Source: Chiloscyllium plagiosum | Lineage: Eukaryota | Assembly (NCBI RefSeq): GCF_004010195.1 | Contig: NC_057755.1 | Span: forward strand, 10,201,989 to 10,265,988 | Direction: 5' to 3' | DNA length: 64,000 nucleotides | Shown: positions 13,071 to 27,228 of the stretch, piece by piece | Layout of the letters: each line of letters opens with the position of its first letter | Position numbering within the stretch: position 1 is the stretch's first letter | The notes under the pieces: generated by a model | Told to the model about the DNA's origin: nothing | The model's input: the letters and a program-made list of their open reading frames with translations, nothing else | Databases searched by the model: none | Translations under genes and position numbers: made by a program

Positions 13071-15907
13071 TTGTTAGAGCAAGATTATAATTCGTCGGTA
13101 AGGGGGTGATATTCTGTGTTGACAATGAACAGAGCAAGGGAACTGGGTTTGATGTCAACTCTCGGTTGCTGAAAATGTGTTGCTGGAAAAGCGCAGCAGG
13201 TCAGGCAGCATCCAGGGAACAGGAGAATCGACGTTTCGGGCATAAGCAAAGATTCCAACTTACTACGAATCCTCTTACAAGGATGCCTTCCTTGAAGAAG
13301 CTCTCTTCCTCCCTCTACAAAGCTTTCTCCCTATCAACTCTCGGTGAACGTCTGTGTGCAGTTTACGCTTTCTGTGGATGTAGAGGTTAGGCACATTAGG
13401 CAGGGGTAAATGTAGCATAATCGGGTAGGGGAATGGGTCTGGGTGGGGCACTGTTAGGAGAGTTGGTCTGCACTTTTTGGGTCAAAGGACCTGTTTCCAC
13501 TCTATAGAGAATCTATGAGAATATGATTCTCCTTGAGTCTGTGAGGGTTTCCTCACACAGTCCAAAGATTTGCAGGTTTGGTCGAATGGCCCCAGCAGGT
13601 TGTCCAAATAGTCAGGGATGTACAGGCTACGGAGATTACCCACAATACATGTAAGGGTAAAGTGATAATCCTGAGTGAAATATTCTTCAAATTGGGTGAC
13701 TGATGAAACTTACACGATGAGGTTCTATGGTTCTAACTTATTAATTTGACAAATGCCGAATGAGTTGCATTATGGTTACTTTCCTGTGACTGAAACTGCC
13801 TTTAAATGTCAAATTAAGGAGAACAATTCTCCCCAACTACTTCCTTTTACATTTTGCATGTTTGGAATGGCAGGCAGTAACAAGATCTCACCTGTGTGAT
13901 ATAGCTGTTAACTGTAGAAATCTTAAGGAATCCCTGCCTCACAGTATTAGGTGCTAGACATGGTACTGGCGTCTACAAATGCAGAAGTCACAGATATATT
14001 TCGAGTCAGATCAGTTTTACTCATCCTTTTTTTGAATACATGTGAGGAGCGATGTATCAGAATAAAGATGTGAAGAGCACAAATGAAAGGCGTAGAGCGG
14101 TTGACAACATTGAGCCAACTGGACGCTAACCAGGGAATATTATTTGTTCTCAGAGGCAAGGATGCCGATATGATATGCAATAGAGAGGGAAGGTTACAAA
14201 TCCAAAAGATGGGGTAATCAGGAGATGTCTGGGTTAGTCATGTTGAATGTAGGTAAAGCCCATCGTCAGGTCGACAGCTATTTCGACAACCAGAATGTAT
14301 CGCACAGAGGAGAACTGGAGATTGTAATGGTTATCGCAGATATGAAACTTTAAGGACTCAGGTGAGATCATTGTAAATAAGAACTACATTAATTATATTC
14401 AGCCACTCGCATGAAAGTGGAATTTGTGCATCCTGAAGTGAATTTTGTATTGTTCATAGATATGTAAGTGTATGCATTAACACTGTCTAAATGTACGAGA
14501 TGCAATATTTACTTCCTTTGGAAGCCACTGAAATCATTCTGATCTAAGAGTAATCCTCGGCTTTCGTGTGAAAAAGGATTGAAAAGTACGAATTGAACGA
14601 ATTAATCATTTCATAAACGCATATACTCTACAGTGAAAAAGCAGTAAAAGAAATCAAAAGCTCTCAACCTGTTGCCACGATCTAGCAACATTTTGAATAG
14701 TTATACGAATAAGGATAAAACAAAATAGTTATTGTCGAAAGTATGTCCATCAGTCCTGAGCCAGCTTATTATCACTGACTGCCGGACAACTGCCATTCCT
14801 CCAAAGGTTTGCCGCTATCGACTCCAGAATCAACCAATGTTGAAGGCACCAATCCTCAAGCAGCATCTTTTGCAACGCGGCTGATTCTCCTCACAACGCC
14901 TCGCTGTCAACTACGATATTCCCCCTAATACCAGCTTGTCATCTCCTGCTGCTGGACTAAGTTCACTGATGTGGACATAATGTTCTTCTGCTACTGCTTC
15001 GCCACCAGTGCAAGAACCAACTAGCGGCAAAGTCACCAACCCTGAGGCGCGCCTCTTTTCATTGTTGGACTTATTGTAGCCAATGTCACCTCTGCTAACA
15101 TAGCAGTCACCGATACCAATGGGAGATTTAATGCCCATCCCAAGAAAGGTAAAAAAAAGGCTCATTTGAGTTCACAGTGGGCCAACTCACTGTCTCACTC
15201 ACTTCTGCTGTTATCGCCCAAGCTCAGGAGAAGAGAGTGAGTAAAGGAAAGCAAAATGAAAAGGAATGAGGAAGCAAGAAAAAGAGGAAACACCAAAAAA
15301 AGGTCAGCCATAGCGGAAGAGTCCAGGCTAACGACCTTTACTCCACTGCAAATCTGATGAAAAAATTGCATGTGAAATGCAGTAGTTTGGTAACAATAAA
15401 CTGTTGTAAAATCATAGAGACCTCGAATCATAGAATCCCTGCAGTGAAGAAACAGGCCATTTGCCCCAAAGGGGCCGCATGAATCTCCAAATGACATCCC
15501 ACCCTTGTCCACTTTCTCCAAAACCACGAAAAACATTTCGATTTTACCATCGTTAACATCACATGACCACGTATTCCTGGATAGTCGGTGGCACTTTTAA
15601 TAAGCATGGCCAATCCACCTAACCTACACATCTTTGCAGCAGACAAGATCGGTCCTTTGGCACATCATGTCTTGCTGCCCATGAACAGTGATCTAACTAT
15701 TGTAAACCTATTTGCCAGCACTTGGCCCAGATCCTTGCATGTCTTGGCCCTTCTTCTCAAATAAGATTGTGCATTGGACAGCAATTATTTTACACAAATC
15801 ATAATGCAAATTCATGAAAATGGAATTACCAGAAAAATATAATTCCTGTTAATTTTAGCATAGAATAATATCTCTTTCTCACAAAGGAACGGCGAATTTA
15901 CATTGAC

Positions 15908-16026
15908 CTTGTCCACATCTTCTTTACTAATTTCCAATGGATTGTCCTACTGTAGCGCTGCATCTCTGGATTGTTGAATGTCAGCTTCTGTCGTGAAAGT
16001 TACACCTTCGAAACCAACATTGTTCG
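15908..16026 (-). pseudogene. Pseudo-exon, type C3
   Basis: Homologous to the 23095 and 18537 exons, but acceptor is ttttctGG instead of AG and there is an in-frame TAG at 15947-15949. Confidence 0.7.
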
Positions 16027-17297
16027 CCAGAAAATGCAAAATAGTGATGACTTCATTGAAAAATACAAAGGTAAAAAATAATAAACAAAAGCAGAGAAAA
16101 CATCTATTGTTTTGGGGCTTCATTGGGTAGGGTATAATGTAACACATTATTCACAAACTTGATATTTTTTCATGTTTTACCTTTCATATTAGTTTCAGTA
16201 CTTCATTATTCATTCCCATCATAACAAAATTATTAATCAGCCATTTTGCAGTTCTACACTCCATTTGCTAATTCGTTCATGAAGTAAATTTTGCATACAT
16301 TTGAGGAAGTTGTCCTACCGAACAGAAATTCTACTTAATTGTACCCAGAACTCGTGTACATTCAGATCCCCCAGCGTTCCTGTAATACTCTTCACATTGA
16401 TATATATTTCAAAATTTGTGCTTTGATTTGCATCACTGCTCTTGCTTAATAGCCCACAAATAATAAGATTAAATATGCATTTTGACTTCTTCGTTCCCCC
16501 AGAATAATTATACATAATAATATTGAGAAGTGAATTTCACTTTCTCTACTGGTCCCTGCGAACCTTTGAATTAAGAAAACTGTTACAGCACGCTTTCCCA
16601 GTTTCTTATCCTTGCTGTCATTCAGTCTTTCAGACCGATATAGATAGGTTCTTCAATAATGGAATCAAGGCTTACAGGGGAAATGTAGGAAAATAGGGTT
16701 GAGAAACATAGCAGACGTGAAGGAATAGTCGAACAGTCACAGTTTACAGAATGGTCTAATTCTGCTCTTATATGCTATTGTATTATGCTGGGAAGAGGAA
16801 CCTCTTTATCACCTTATCCTCATTTGTTATCTCCTAAGTTCAACACAACAAATAGAAACATTTGCTTCTACTAAACGTCCATTTTCAGTCTGAACAAATC
16901 ATTCCAATTCTGCAACTGAGCAGGTAGCACAAACTCTGAATTCTCACTGTCAGCTGCAACAAAATGTCTCTCTCCCCAACTCTACTCTCTCAACCCCCAC
17001 TATATTCTAATCCAATAAACAAAATCTGAAATTAACAACCTAAAGATAATCATGAAACTGTTGTCGAATATCAGGTAAATCCATTTGGTTCAGTAATGGC
17101 CTTTAGGGAAGCAAACGACCATCCTTACCTGGTCTGATCTGCCTGTGACTCCAGACCTACACCAAATTTACGGACTCTTGATTGCCCTCTGGGCAATTTT
17201 GCACAGACAATAAAGACTGATCCAGACTGGATTTTCCACGTCCCAAGAATGAATAAAGAAAAGTCGAGTCCATTGCAGGAAATTATAGTCAACTCAC

Positions 17298-17439
17298 CAG
17301 ATACATTTTGGCCATTTTTATGGGTTTCATTTGGATGGTGTTGTCGAACTGAATAAGCATTCTCTGCATCCGTGGGTTTAATGTCATTGCAAGTGTCATT
17401 ACCACATAGTTTTTCAGTCACAGAATTTTCCTCTTTGTT
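17298..17439 (-). CDS. Tail exon type D2, 142 nt (NKEENSVTEKLCGNDTCNDIK...KNGQNVS)
   Basis: ccaaacag| ... CTG|gtgagt; phase 0 to 1, open. Confidence 0.6.
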
Positions 17440-18536
17440 CTGTTTGGGCAAGATAACAATTTGTGAGCAAGGGAATGACAATTCCTTATCTATTCTGTAT
17501 TCACAACGACAATTTGTTAGCAAGGGAATGACAATTCCTTACCTATTCTGCATTCACAATGCACAGAGTCAGGGAGACGTATTGGATACAAGTTCTGTGG
17601 GACTGTCTGTGTCGAGTTTACACATTCTCCCCGTGTCTGCATGGGTTTCATCTGATTTCTTCCCTCAGTTCAAAGAGATGGATTTGCCATGCCAAATTAG
17701 CCAGGATGGCCAGAGATTTAGAAGCGAGCTGGATTACCACCGCACACATGAGGAGAGCATAGGGTTCTGCTCATGGGTTAAATATTCTTCAGATGGGGTG
17801 AATTGTCTCTATTTGCATTATCAGGATTCTTTGATTCTGAATTATTAATTTAACAAATGCCAAAAAATTGCTACACGCTTACTTCCCTATAACTAAAACA
17901 GCCTTTAAATGTCAACATAAAAACAAAACAAAATCATATAAAAGACTTACTTTTCCATCTTGATGCCACCTTGATGAGGAAATTGCGTGGGCAAAATGAT
18001 AGGTCAGTTGTAAAATAGTGTCATTCCACCATAGAAATTGGCAGTCATCGAAATCCCTGCAGTTCAGAAAGAAGGCATTCGCCCCATTTCGTCTGCACCA
18101 ACTCTCAGAATGGGATTTCACCCAGACCCAAATCACCACAACCCAAAACTGCATTGGGATTTTACCAGTCACACCACCTAACCAACGCATCCGGGGACTC
18201 TATGGAGCAGTTTTTAGCATGGCCAATCTACATGAACTGCACATCTTTTATGCAGATGGTAGGTCCGTGCTAATCAGAAACAACCAGCTAGCTATTTCAA
18301 TCCTATTTTCTCACACTTGGGCCCCAGCCTTGCCTGCTTGGCCTGTCTTCTCAAATAAAATTTTCCATTGGATGGGAATTATTTTTTCGACTCATTATAG
18401 AAATTGATGGCCCTCGAAATACAAGAAACAATATACTTTTGGTCAAATTCAAAAAGTAGTTAAGATCTATTTATGACAAATGAAGCACGATTTCTATCAA
18501 TGTGAGTGAATTTTGATGGAGTGGATTTTCACTGAC

Positions 18537-18652
18537 CTTATCCACATTTTCTTTACTAATTTCCGATGGATTGCTTTGCTGTAGCTTTGCATCTCCAGAT
18601 TGTGGAATGTCAGCTCCTGTGGACAAATTAGCATCTTCTTCATTATCGCTCT
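18537..18652 (-). CDS. Tail exon type C2, 116 nt (ESDNEEDANLSTGADIPQSGDAKLQQSNPSEISKENVDK)
   Basis: Open, phase 1 to 0, donor AAG|gtcagt; acceptor ttttcgag has an unfavourable G at -3. Confidence 0.5.
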
Positions 18653-19854
18653 CTCGAAAATGCAGAAGAAGTGATTAGGACATTGCAAACTCATTGCGTT
18701 GAAAAATCCAAATGTTAAAAAGGAATTAAACCACACGCAGAAATACATATTTTGCTTTGGGGCTTAATTGGGATAGATCTAATGGAGTATTTCTTTCACT
18801 ATCTTGATACATTTTGTGTTTTACTTTTGAAATTATTACCAACCCTTCACTGTTGACTCCCATCATAACAAAATGATAAGCTAGCCATTTTATAGTTCTA
18901 CACGAGATCTAAAACGGGCTTTCCCTGGTTCGTTCTTTAAACATACTTTGCATGCATTCGAGGAATTCACCCGACCTGACATCAATGTTGCTTAATTGTT
19001 TCTAGAACTAATGCACATTCAAATTTCCCTGTATTCCTGTGCTCCTCTGTCACTTTGATGAGTAATTCCAACAAATGTGCTTTGATTTGCATCACTATTC
19101 TTGCTCAATGATACACAAACAATAAGTTTTCATTTGGATTTTTACTTCTTAGTTCCACCCAGCCGAATACTACCTAATAACACGGAGAAGTGAGATTAAC
19201 TTTCAACACTGGTTCCCAGAAACCTCTGCATTAAGGGAGTTGTTACAAAACCTCCGAGTTTTCTGTCCTTGGTGTCATTGAGAGTCTTTTAGGCTGATAT
19301 TGACAAGTCTTTAAGGAAGTGAATCAAGGATTACAGGGAGAAGGCAGGAGAACAGGTTTGAGAAACGTATCAGCCATGAAGGAATAGTAGAGCAGACACA
19401 ATATACCGAATGATCTAATTCTGCTCCTATTTTCTAATTGTCATTATTATTGTAAGAATAACCTCTTTATCAGCTTCTCTTCTTTTGTTACAAACTGCAT
19501 TAACCACAAGGAGATCTCTATGCTCCTCTTCTCGTTCATTTCCAGTTTGAACTATTAGTTTCAATGCTGAAAATGAGCAGGCAGCGCAAAACTAAATTCT
19601 CATTCCCAGCTGCAACAGAATGTCTATTCCCCCAACTCTGCCGTCTCTTACACTCACTACATTCTATTTCAATAAACACAAATCTGGAATAAAGAGCATT
19701 ACGATGATCATGAATCATTTGTCGAATATCAGATATATCCGTTTGTTTCAGTAGCTTCTTTTAGAGAAGGAAACGGTCAATCTTACATGGTCTGATCTGT
19801 CTATGACGCCAGGCAACAGCAATGTGTTCGACTCTTGATTGCCCGCTCGGTAAT

Positions 19855-20780
19855 TGGGGTCGAGAATGTAGCATTGGAAAAGCACAGCAAGTCTGGCAGC
19901 ATCCGTGGAGCAGGAGAATCAAGTTTTCACTCATATGCCATTCATTTGGAATGGGACTTGTGGTACAGGGCTGAGAGATGAATGGGCGTGGGTGGGGCTT
20001 GGGGAAAGATAGCTGAAAAGGTGACAGTAATGAACAGCTCCAGAGGGTGCTGCCACCTTGGAGGCTTGGGACTGGGATAATGTGGGGGGAGAAGAAATGA
20101 GGAAGCTGTTTAAATCCACATTTATCCCGTGTGGTTGCAGTGCCCGAAGGCGGAATACGAGACATTCCTACTCCAGGCTTCAGTCGGTAACAGTTTGGCA
20201 CAGGACCTGCAGGACGCGTTCAGCCAAGGAAGGTGGGTTGGAGGTGGATATAGGTATCCCAAAGATGTTCACTGAAATAATCCACTAGAAGGCATCCTGT
20301 TCCCCCGATGTAGTGGATACGACACCAGATGAAACGAATGCAGTAGATGACGTTGGTAGAGGTGCAGGTACATTTGTGCGGGATGTGGAAGGATCTCTTG
20401 GGGTCTTGAATGGAGGTGAGTGGAGTGGTGTGGGCACAGGCTTTGCATATTTTGTGGGGCCAGGAGTGCAGTGTCAGATGCTCGGGTGTATGGACCTGGC
20501 GAGGGAGTTGCAGAGGGAATGGTCTTTTTTGAAATCTGACAGCAGTGGGGAGAGAAATATATTTCTCGTGGTGGGGTCCATTTGGAGGTGGCGAAAATGG
20601 CGGAGGATGATGCGTTGTATGCCGAATTTGTTGGATTGGAAGGTGAGAACAAGGTGTATTCTGTCCTTATGTGTTGTGAGGGGTGGGGTTCAAGCACGGT
20701 GGTGCGTGAAGGGGAGGAGATGCACTGGAGGGCGTTACCAGTTAAGTGGGAAGGGATGTTGTAGTCGTAAAGAATAGTTT
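19855..20780 (-). mobile_element. Penelope-like retroelement fragment (RT C-terminus and GIY-YIG)
   Basis: Frameshifted IQRIILRHFRHLQMDPTT ... CTSTNVIYCI..C.ILYIG.TG. Confidence 0.8.
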
Positions 20781-21142
20781 AGAGATGCGGGTGTTGGACT
20801 GGGATGTACAAAGTTATAAATCACACCACACCAATTTATAGTCCAACAGTTTTCATTGGAAGCACACGAGCTTTCGGAGCGCCGCTCCTTTATCACGTGG
20901 TTGTGAGTGTCTCTCCTAAAGCTAGTGTGCTTCCAATTAAACCAGTTGGACTATAACCTGGTGTTGTGTGATGTTTAACTTTGTGGAAGGATGCCATCTG
21001 GGACTTCCTGAGCTGGATTTGGTGATCGCAGGAACAAATCCAGTGGAGGCAGAGTAATTGACAATTAAACCTAACCCAGACTGGGGTGCCCACACCCAAT
21101 AAATGAGTAATGAAAAGTTGCTGGAAATAAAAGTAATCTCAC

Positions 21143-21284
21143 CAGAAACATTTTTGCTGTTTTCATGCTCTCCACTTGGATGAAGTTGTCGAGATGATTC
21201 TGCATTCGTTTCAGCCGTGAGTTTAATGTCATTGCAATTGTCCTTACAGCATAATGTAGCAGTCATAGCATTTCCCTCTTTGTT
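21143..21284 (-). CDS. Tail exon type D1, 142 nt (NKEGNAMTATLCCKDNCNDIK...ENSKNVS)
   Basis: tccaacag| ... CTG|gtgaga; phase 0 to 1, open; paralogues at 17298, 12923 and about 7403. Confidence 0.65.
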
Positions 21285-23094
21285 CTGTTGGAGCAAGAAT
21301 ACAATTTGTTAGCAAGGGAATGACAATTCCTTATCTATTCTGTATCCACAATGCTCCGAATGTGGGATCTGGATTTGGTATCAGCTCTGGGGGACTGTCT
21401 GTGACAATTTTGCCCATTCTCCCCGTGTCTGAGTTGGTTTTGATTGCTTTCTAGTGATGTAGATTGTCCATGTCAATTTGCCCCGAATGTCAAGGGATTT
21501 ATTGCCTCGGTAGATTAACCATCATTAAAATGAAGATAGCGTAGTGCTCAGCTCATTGGTGAAATGTTGTTCTGATGGGCTGAATTGCGTCTATTTGCAA
21601 TATGAGGATTCTCAGTTATAAATTATTAATTTGTCTAGCGCCACATGGTTTACACCACTGTTACTTCCCTTTGACTGAAACAGGTTTTGAATGCCAAATT
21701 AAAGAGAAAAAAAATATTCTAAAGCATTTGCTTTTACATCTCGTATCATTGGCATGAGAGTCAGCAAGAAGACCTCACCTGTCTAACATCGCAGTTGACT
21801 TTAGAAACCTGTAGGATTCCCTGATCTACAAAACAATGTGCTCGATATGCAACTGAACTGCAAACATTCTCGAGGAACAGGTGTATTTCGTCTCAGAAGT
21901 GTCTGAGTAATATTTCAGTTTAGTAAATATGGGGAGCATTACTCTGATGTAAAGCAGAGAAGAGCACAAATGGGAAGGCCAGAATGGTTGACCACATTGA
22001 CAGAATTGCAGATTGACCGGAAAATGGTATGCAATGCAACAATTCATCCTTCGAGCCAATGATGCTGACATGACTTGCAATAAAGAGGGCAAGTTGCAAA
22101 TACAAATGATGGGGTGCTGAGGACTGGACAGATCCATTTGTGTTGATTGTATTTAAGATCCACTTCCAACTGGACAGCTGGTTCGCTAGTATGCAACTTC
22201 ATATTTCTTATATCATACAGAGGACAACTGGAGCTATTATCAGTTATCTCAAAATTGAAACGTTGGGGATTTATGGGACATCATTGGAACTCAGATCTAC
22301 ATTAATTACATCCAGGCTCTGGTCTGAAAGAAGCATTTCTGAAACCTCGTTGGTATAGTGGTGTTGCTGAATATCTTAAAATATGCAATAACACCATCTG
22401 TCGGTATTAGATGCAATATGTACTTCCTTTTAGAGCCTGCTGCATTATTCTGGAGTGAAAAGTAAACCCTGGTTTTCAGGTGAGAGACACATGAACGTGG
22501 AAATTGCGTGGGTAATCCATTGATTCGTAAACAAAAATGGGTAGATATAGAGTCTCATAGACCTAGATTTGTACAATCCCACACTGCAGAAAGAGACTTT
22601 TCTGCCCATCGAGTCTGCCCTGACCCTTAGAAGGGATCCCACCCAGGCCCAAATCCACTGCCTCAAACTCTGCATTCCCAAAAATCTCCAGGGTTTTTAC
22701 GATGGTTAACCCACTAACTAAGGTATACCAGAGGCACTACAGGGTATTTGTTTAAAGCAGGCCAATCCATCTAACATGAACATATTTCCAAAACAAATAA
22801 AAGGTGCTTTAACCCATCAGGTCTGTGTCAGTCAGAAGCAACAAGCTAACAAATCTAATGTTATATCCTAGCTCTTGCTCGATTGTTTTTTATGACTTGA
22901 TCTTTCTTCTCATGTAAAATGCAACATTGTAAGGATTTATTTTCTAAGAATGGTGAGACTACTTGATGAGTCTGGAAATACAATAAATAATACACTTCTG
23001 GTAAGTTGCACGATTGGATAAGATCCGTTTATGACAAATGAAACTCAGCTTCGATCGAAGTGAATGAATTCTGATGGAATGTATTTGCACTGAC

Positions 23095-23210
23095 CTCGTC
23101 CATATTTTCTTTAATTTTAAATATACTGTCCTGCTGTAACGCTGAGTCTTTGGATTGCTGAATGTCAGCCGCAGTAGCCAAAGTTCCTATATTTCCTTTG
23201 TTATCCCCAT
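23095..23210 (-). CDS. Tail exon type C1, 116 nt (DGDNKGNIGTLATAADIQQSKDSALQQD...ENMDE)
   Basis: ttttctag| ... GAG|gtcagt; phase 1 to 0, open; paralogues at 18537 and 15908. Confidence 0.65.
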
Positions 23211-24929
23211 CTAGAAAATACAACAAACATCAGATCGTTGCAAGATATAATGCACTGGAAACTTTATGTGAACGACTACTAAATTCATCATTTATAACTG
23301 CGCGAACGAATGTCAAGTAAAGCTGTTCATTATATACATGTAGAATGATTTCTCTGTTTTGTTTTGTTATCCTCTTGCTATCCAAAACAAAGCTTTCTAA
23401 TTGATTATCTCGTTATTGGTTTCTTATTTGCAAAAAGTACAATTTGAGGTCACTGATTTCTCGTCAGGTTACTAAATGTAAATCGTTGAATTCTCACAAG
23501 TGTACAGATGGGTAAGTAATCATATCACAACCTGGAAACAGAAATCATCTATTAAAATAAAATCCGAAAGAAGTGCAGAAGCCATCAAAAAGAAATAAGT
23601 ACAGAAATTGCTGGAAACCTTCAGGGCATCTTGCAGCATCTGGGAAGAGAAATGAGTGGGAAAATTTCAGGAAAGTAGCCCTTGCTCAGCAAATTAACCC
23701 TGCAGCGTTCTGGACTCAATATTGGATTTGAGCTTTCCCATGACCTTACCCCAACCTCTATACACTAGGCCTTGTCTAACGCTGTCTATAAAAACGTGTC
23801 TGTGTAATATAGTAAGTAATAACATACTGTGTAATTGCATACAATCAATTGTTAGCATCTAACAGTCCCTATTAATAGCTATTCACGCTCCCAACTAGAT
23901 CATTATCGACCCCTTCATCTATCCAACTGGACTTCTCTCTCTTTAGGATCGATCTCCAAATATCTTTTACAACTTACAAGCTCCCACTACCCTATCGTCT
24001 GCTCAGAAAACGGCACTTTCCAAGCTACCATCATTTCTGTGGAAGAGTCAAACACCTAGAAGGTTACCTTAGATTTCTCTCCACAGCTATTGCCAGACTG
24101 ACTGAGGTTTTCCAGCAACTTCTGCTTTCATTTCTGATTTACAGCATCCACAGTTCCTTTGTTTTTTTTTATTTGTGTTGAACAGGATTTAAATGTATTA
24201 ACCAGTCCTCTTGAACCTACTGTCTCCTATTCTCGCATAATTCTTTGTAACTCTCTACCTTGAAAAGCTACTTCACCAATGGTGACACTCAACATGTCTA
24301 TATATTGTCCATTCTGTCTGCAATCTAACTGACACCCACCTACCACTCTAAACCCTGTACTTGCTAACTAAAATGCACAACACCCTCAACATCGGATTCC
24401 AATTCACATCTCCTGCACATCTTCTTTCTGTAATGCTCGACACCCACTCAGGCCAGTACCTGTTGCGTGAAACACGTATTCAATTGAGACAGTACCTCGT
24501 CAGTGACTTACATCAATAAGCTATCATTCTTTCGACAATTTTCAACAAACAGATGGTGTGAAAAGGTTCAGGCTGACCTCGTTGTAAATTCGCTCAGACA
24601 CTACTCGAGAGGAACTGAATGGATGGTTAGAGATGCAGAGTGACACCAGCGGTTTGAGTTAATTTCTTGCACTGACTTAGATTACCATAAAAATCTATCC
24701 TTCCCCACCTCAGGCGTGGGGACCTTCAGGATAAACCACCACTAGGCATCTGCCCTAGGTCAATTCATCTTCAATGAATCGTTCATCCCAAACAAGTTGG
24801 AGGAATATTACTGCATAATGTGTTGTCTGATTTGTATCTCAGATATTGTTTCTAATCTTGAGGGGAAGGTTCTTTACATAAAATTGCATATGGAACTGCA
24901 ATATGATTACCACTGGAAAAATATCTTAC

Positions 24930-25080
24930 CAAAACCATCTGTGTTTGTATCAGAATGATGTTCCTTTTTTTCTTCCAGTCCTGGATTCCACTTTTCGATC
25001 AAGTTATTTGTCGGGCTGACATCCTCATTAGAACTATCACCAATGACTATAGTTTCCATATGTGTATTTTCCTCTTGGTG
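24930..25080 (-). CDS. Tail exon, diverged type A, 151 nt (HQEENTHMETIVIGDSS...HHSDTNTDGF)
   Basis: tttacttag| ... TTG|gtaaga; phase 0 to 1, open; shares Q..N..ME, NPG and HH pattern with the 145-nt exons. Confidence 0.65.
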
Positions 25081-25464
25081 CTAAGTAAACAAAATTTGAA
25101 TATATGACCTAAGTCCAAATATTTGATTTCTGCACTTGTCACCTATAATCGAGTTCAGTCAAGCAATAAAGAAACGAACTGTACTGCGGATCGAAATTAC
25201 AAATTGTGTTTAAAACCTTCTTAATGCGTGTTGTCCAGAATTGTGCACAGTTCATCACATTACACCTTGTCTAACTTTTGAAGGGTTGCATATTATCAGC
25301 TTATTTTGCAACACAATGACATATGTTTGAGGAACAGTCCGCCAAAAAATAAAATGCCCAGCCAGATAGCAGTAAATTGCAGTTACAGGTTGCAATGATT
25401 AACAACGGAGATATCAGTCGGTATTATTTGAGAACAGGATAAGATACTTTTATGTCCAACATAC

Positions 25465-25634
25465 CTCTAATTCTCCCTGAATAAGTGCATTCTTTTGAAA
25501 CTGTTTTGGATGCATACTGTCCACAGATTCCTCATCATTTTCAGATGGACTGCCCTGATGTCTGACTGTGTCTTTAGACAGCTCAGAGCCAGCCATCGTT
25601 GACTCAATGGATGCAGCTGCAACATTACCGTCCA
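25465..25634 (-). CDS. Tail exon type B2, 170 nt (VDGNVAAASIESTMAGSELSK...LIQGELE)
   Basis: ttttacag| ... GAG|gtatgt; phase 1 to 0, open; within ORF 25450..25713. Confidence 0.7.
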
Positions 25635-26281
25635 CTGTAAAATAAACATGGAGAAAACTAAAGCTGGAGAGTTGCAAGTGAGGATGTGAAAATCTGGATG
25701 TTGTCAAGAACAACCATTTAATGCATGTTTTTACTAACTACAACTGGCTTCTTAAAACAAATAACATAAAACAATATAACAAAATGGTTTATCTGAAAAC
25801 TGCATTCCTGACCGAATTCATAAAGATAATTAAGCAATGCTCTGTTCATGTCCGTATTGTATTTCAGAAGCAGTAAGTTGAAAGAGGTTTATCTTGTTGT
25901 CTTGGAGCATGTAAGATGAATAAATCTCCATAAAAAAACTGAGGTTAAAGCTCATTGATGAATATTCGTACTCTAAAATGGTGGGCATGACACTGGAGAT
26001 TGATCGATTATCAAAAATACTCAATTGATTGGGAGGTATGGGCTGAGGGAAGCGTTTGCAGGGGGATAATGAGCGCTGCTCTCTGAGCAGGGTCGATCAG
26101 ACACTTAGTGGCCATTTTGTTCCATTGTGCCGGATCATCCATGAGAACGAAAGAGAGAGACAGAGAGAGACAGACAGACAGAGACAGACAGTCACTGGGG
26201 TTGATAGAAAACTGTTGGTGGTAAGAAGACTTGGTCAATAAATGACATGAGTGAATAAATTAAAACCAGGAATGAACTCAC

Positions 26282-26426
26282 CAGCTGTACAGTCGTTTCT
26301 ACCATTTCCATGGTGTTTATTTTCCTGCAGACCTGGATTTTCACCCTCAATGATCAGGTGCGTCGTGTCTATGCTGTCAGTATCATGGCTGTGCAGACTT
26401 TCCATGGTTGCATTTTGATTTTGGCC
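26282..26426 (-). CDS. Tail exon type A2, 145 nt (GQNQNATMESLHSHDTDSID...GNGRNDCTA)
   Basis: atatttag| ... CTG|gtgagt; phase 0 to 1, open. Confidence 0.7.
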
Positions 26427-26504
26427 CTAAATATGACAAAGTCATGCTGAGGTGTTTTATAGCTAACTTCTTCGGGTTTCTGAATTGATTTAGATTCACA
26501 TATC

Positions 26505-26815
26505 ACTCGCTAGACGCAAACCAGAGACCCAGGTCATGTTCTGGGAATGGAGTTTGAATCCCACCACAGCTAAAGGTGGAATTTGAATTCAACAAAAAAT
26601 ATCAGGAATCAAGAGGGTAACGACAGTGAATTCCTTATTGAATGTTGTTAAGAAAACATTCTGATACGCCAATGTCCCTTCATGGAAACAAACTGACATC
26701 CTTCCTTGGTCCGGCCTCCATGTGATTCCGGACTCAGAGCAATGTGCTTGACTCTTAACTTTAATGATGAATGGACGATAAATGCTGGTCAGCCAGCAAC
26801 GCTCTCATCCCATGT
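26505..26815 (+). mobile_element. DeuSINE/SacSINE-like element (duplicated at about 32950-33270; other copies about 17030-17260 and 41930-42240)
   Basis: gtttgaatcccaccacagc..ggtggaatttgaattc body with ataaatgctgg..cagc..catcccatg tail. Confidence 0.6.
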
Positions 26816-27148
26816 GTGTATGTGTATGTGAGTTCCTAAACTAAACCCACACAGACATGGGAAGAATTTAAAAGCTCCACACAGTCGTGCAAAGCTGTGA
26901 GGCAACGGTGCCAAACACTGTGCAACCGAACGGGTAGTTGAGGCAAGAAATGTCGCAATATTTAAAAGTACTTGGATGAGCGCATGAATTATGAGAATAG
27001 CCAAGGCTGCGAGCATAGTGTGGCAAAGTGGGCTGGATCAGATGGTAGCGTATATCATGCAGTACAGTCGTGATGAGCTGAAGGGCCTATTCTGTCCTGT
27101 CTGATTCTATGATACACCAATACGATTTATTATTTATCTCAGACTCAC

Positions 27149-27228
27149 AGATGGTGGTGTTGGGCAATATATTTGCTCACTCTTATGGATCTTGATGTCT
27201 GAAAGCCGGACTGTACGCCAGCGTGTCT
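27149..27228 (-). other. Duplicate of the 78-nt tail exon with 2 extra nt at the acceptor end (frameshifting, or uses a shifted GAG acceptor)
   Basis: cccag|AGACACGCTGG versus ccacag|AGACGCTGG at 39572; donor TCT|gtgagt retained. Confidence 0.5.
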
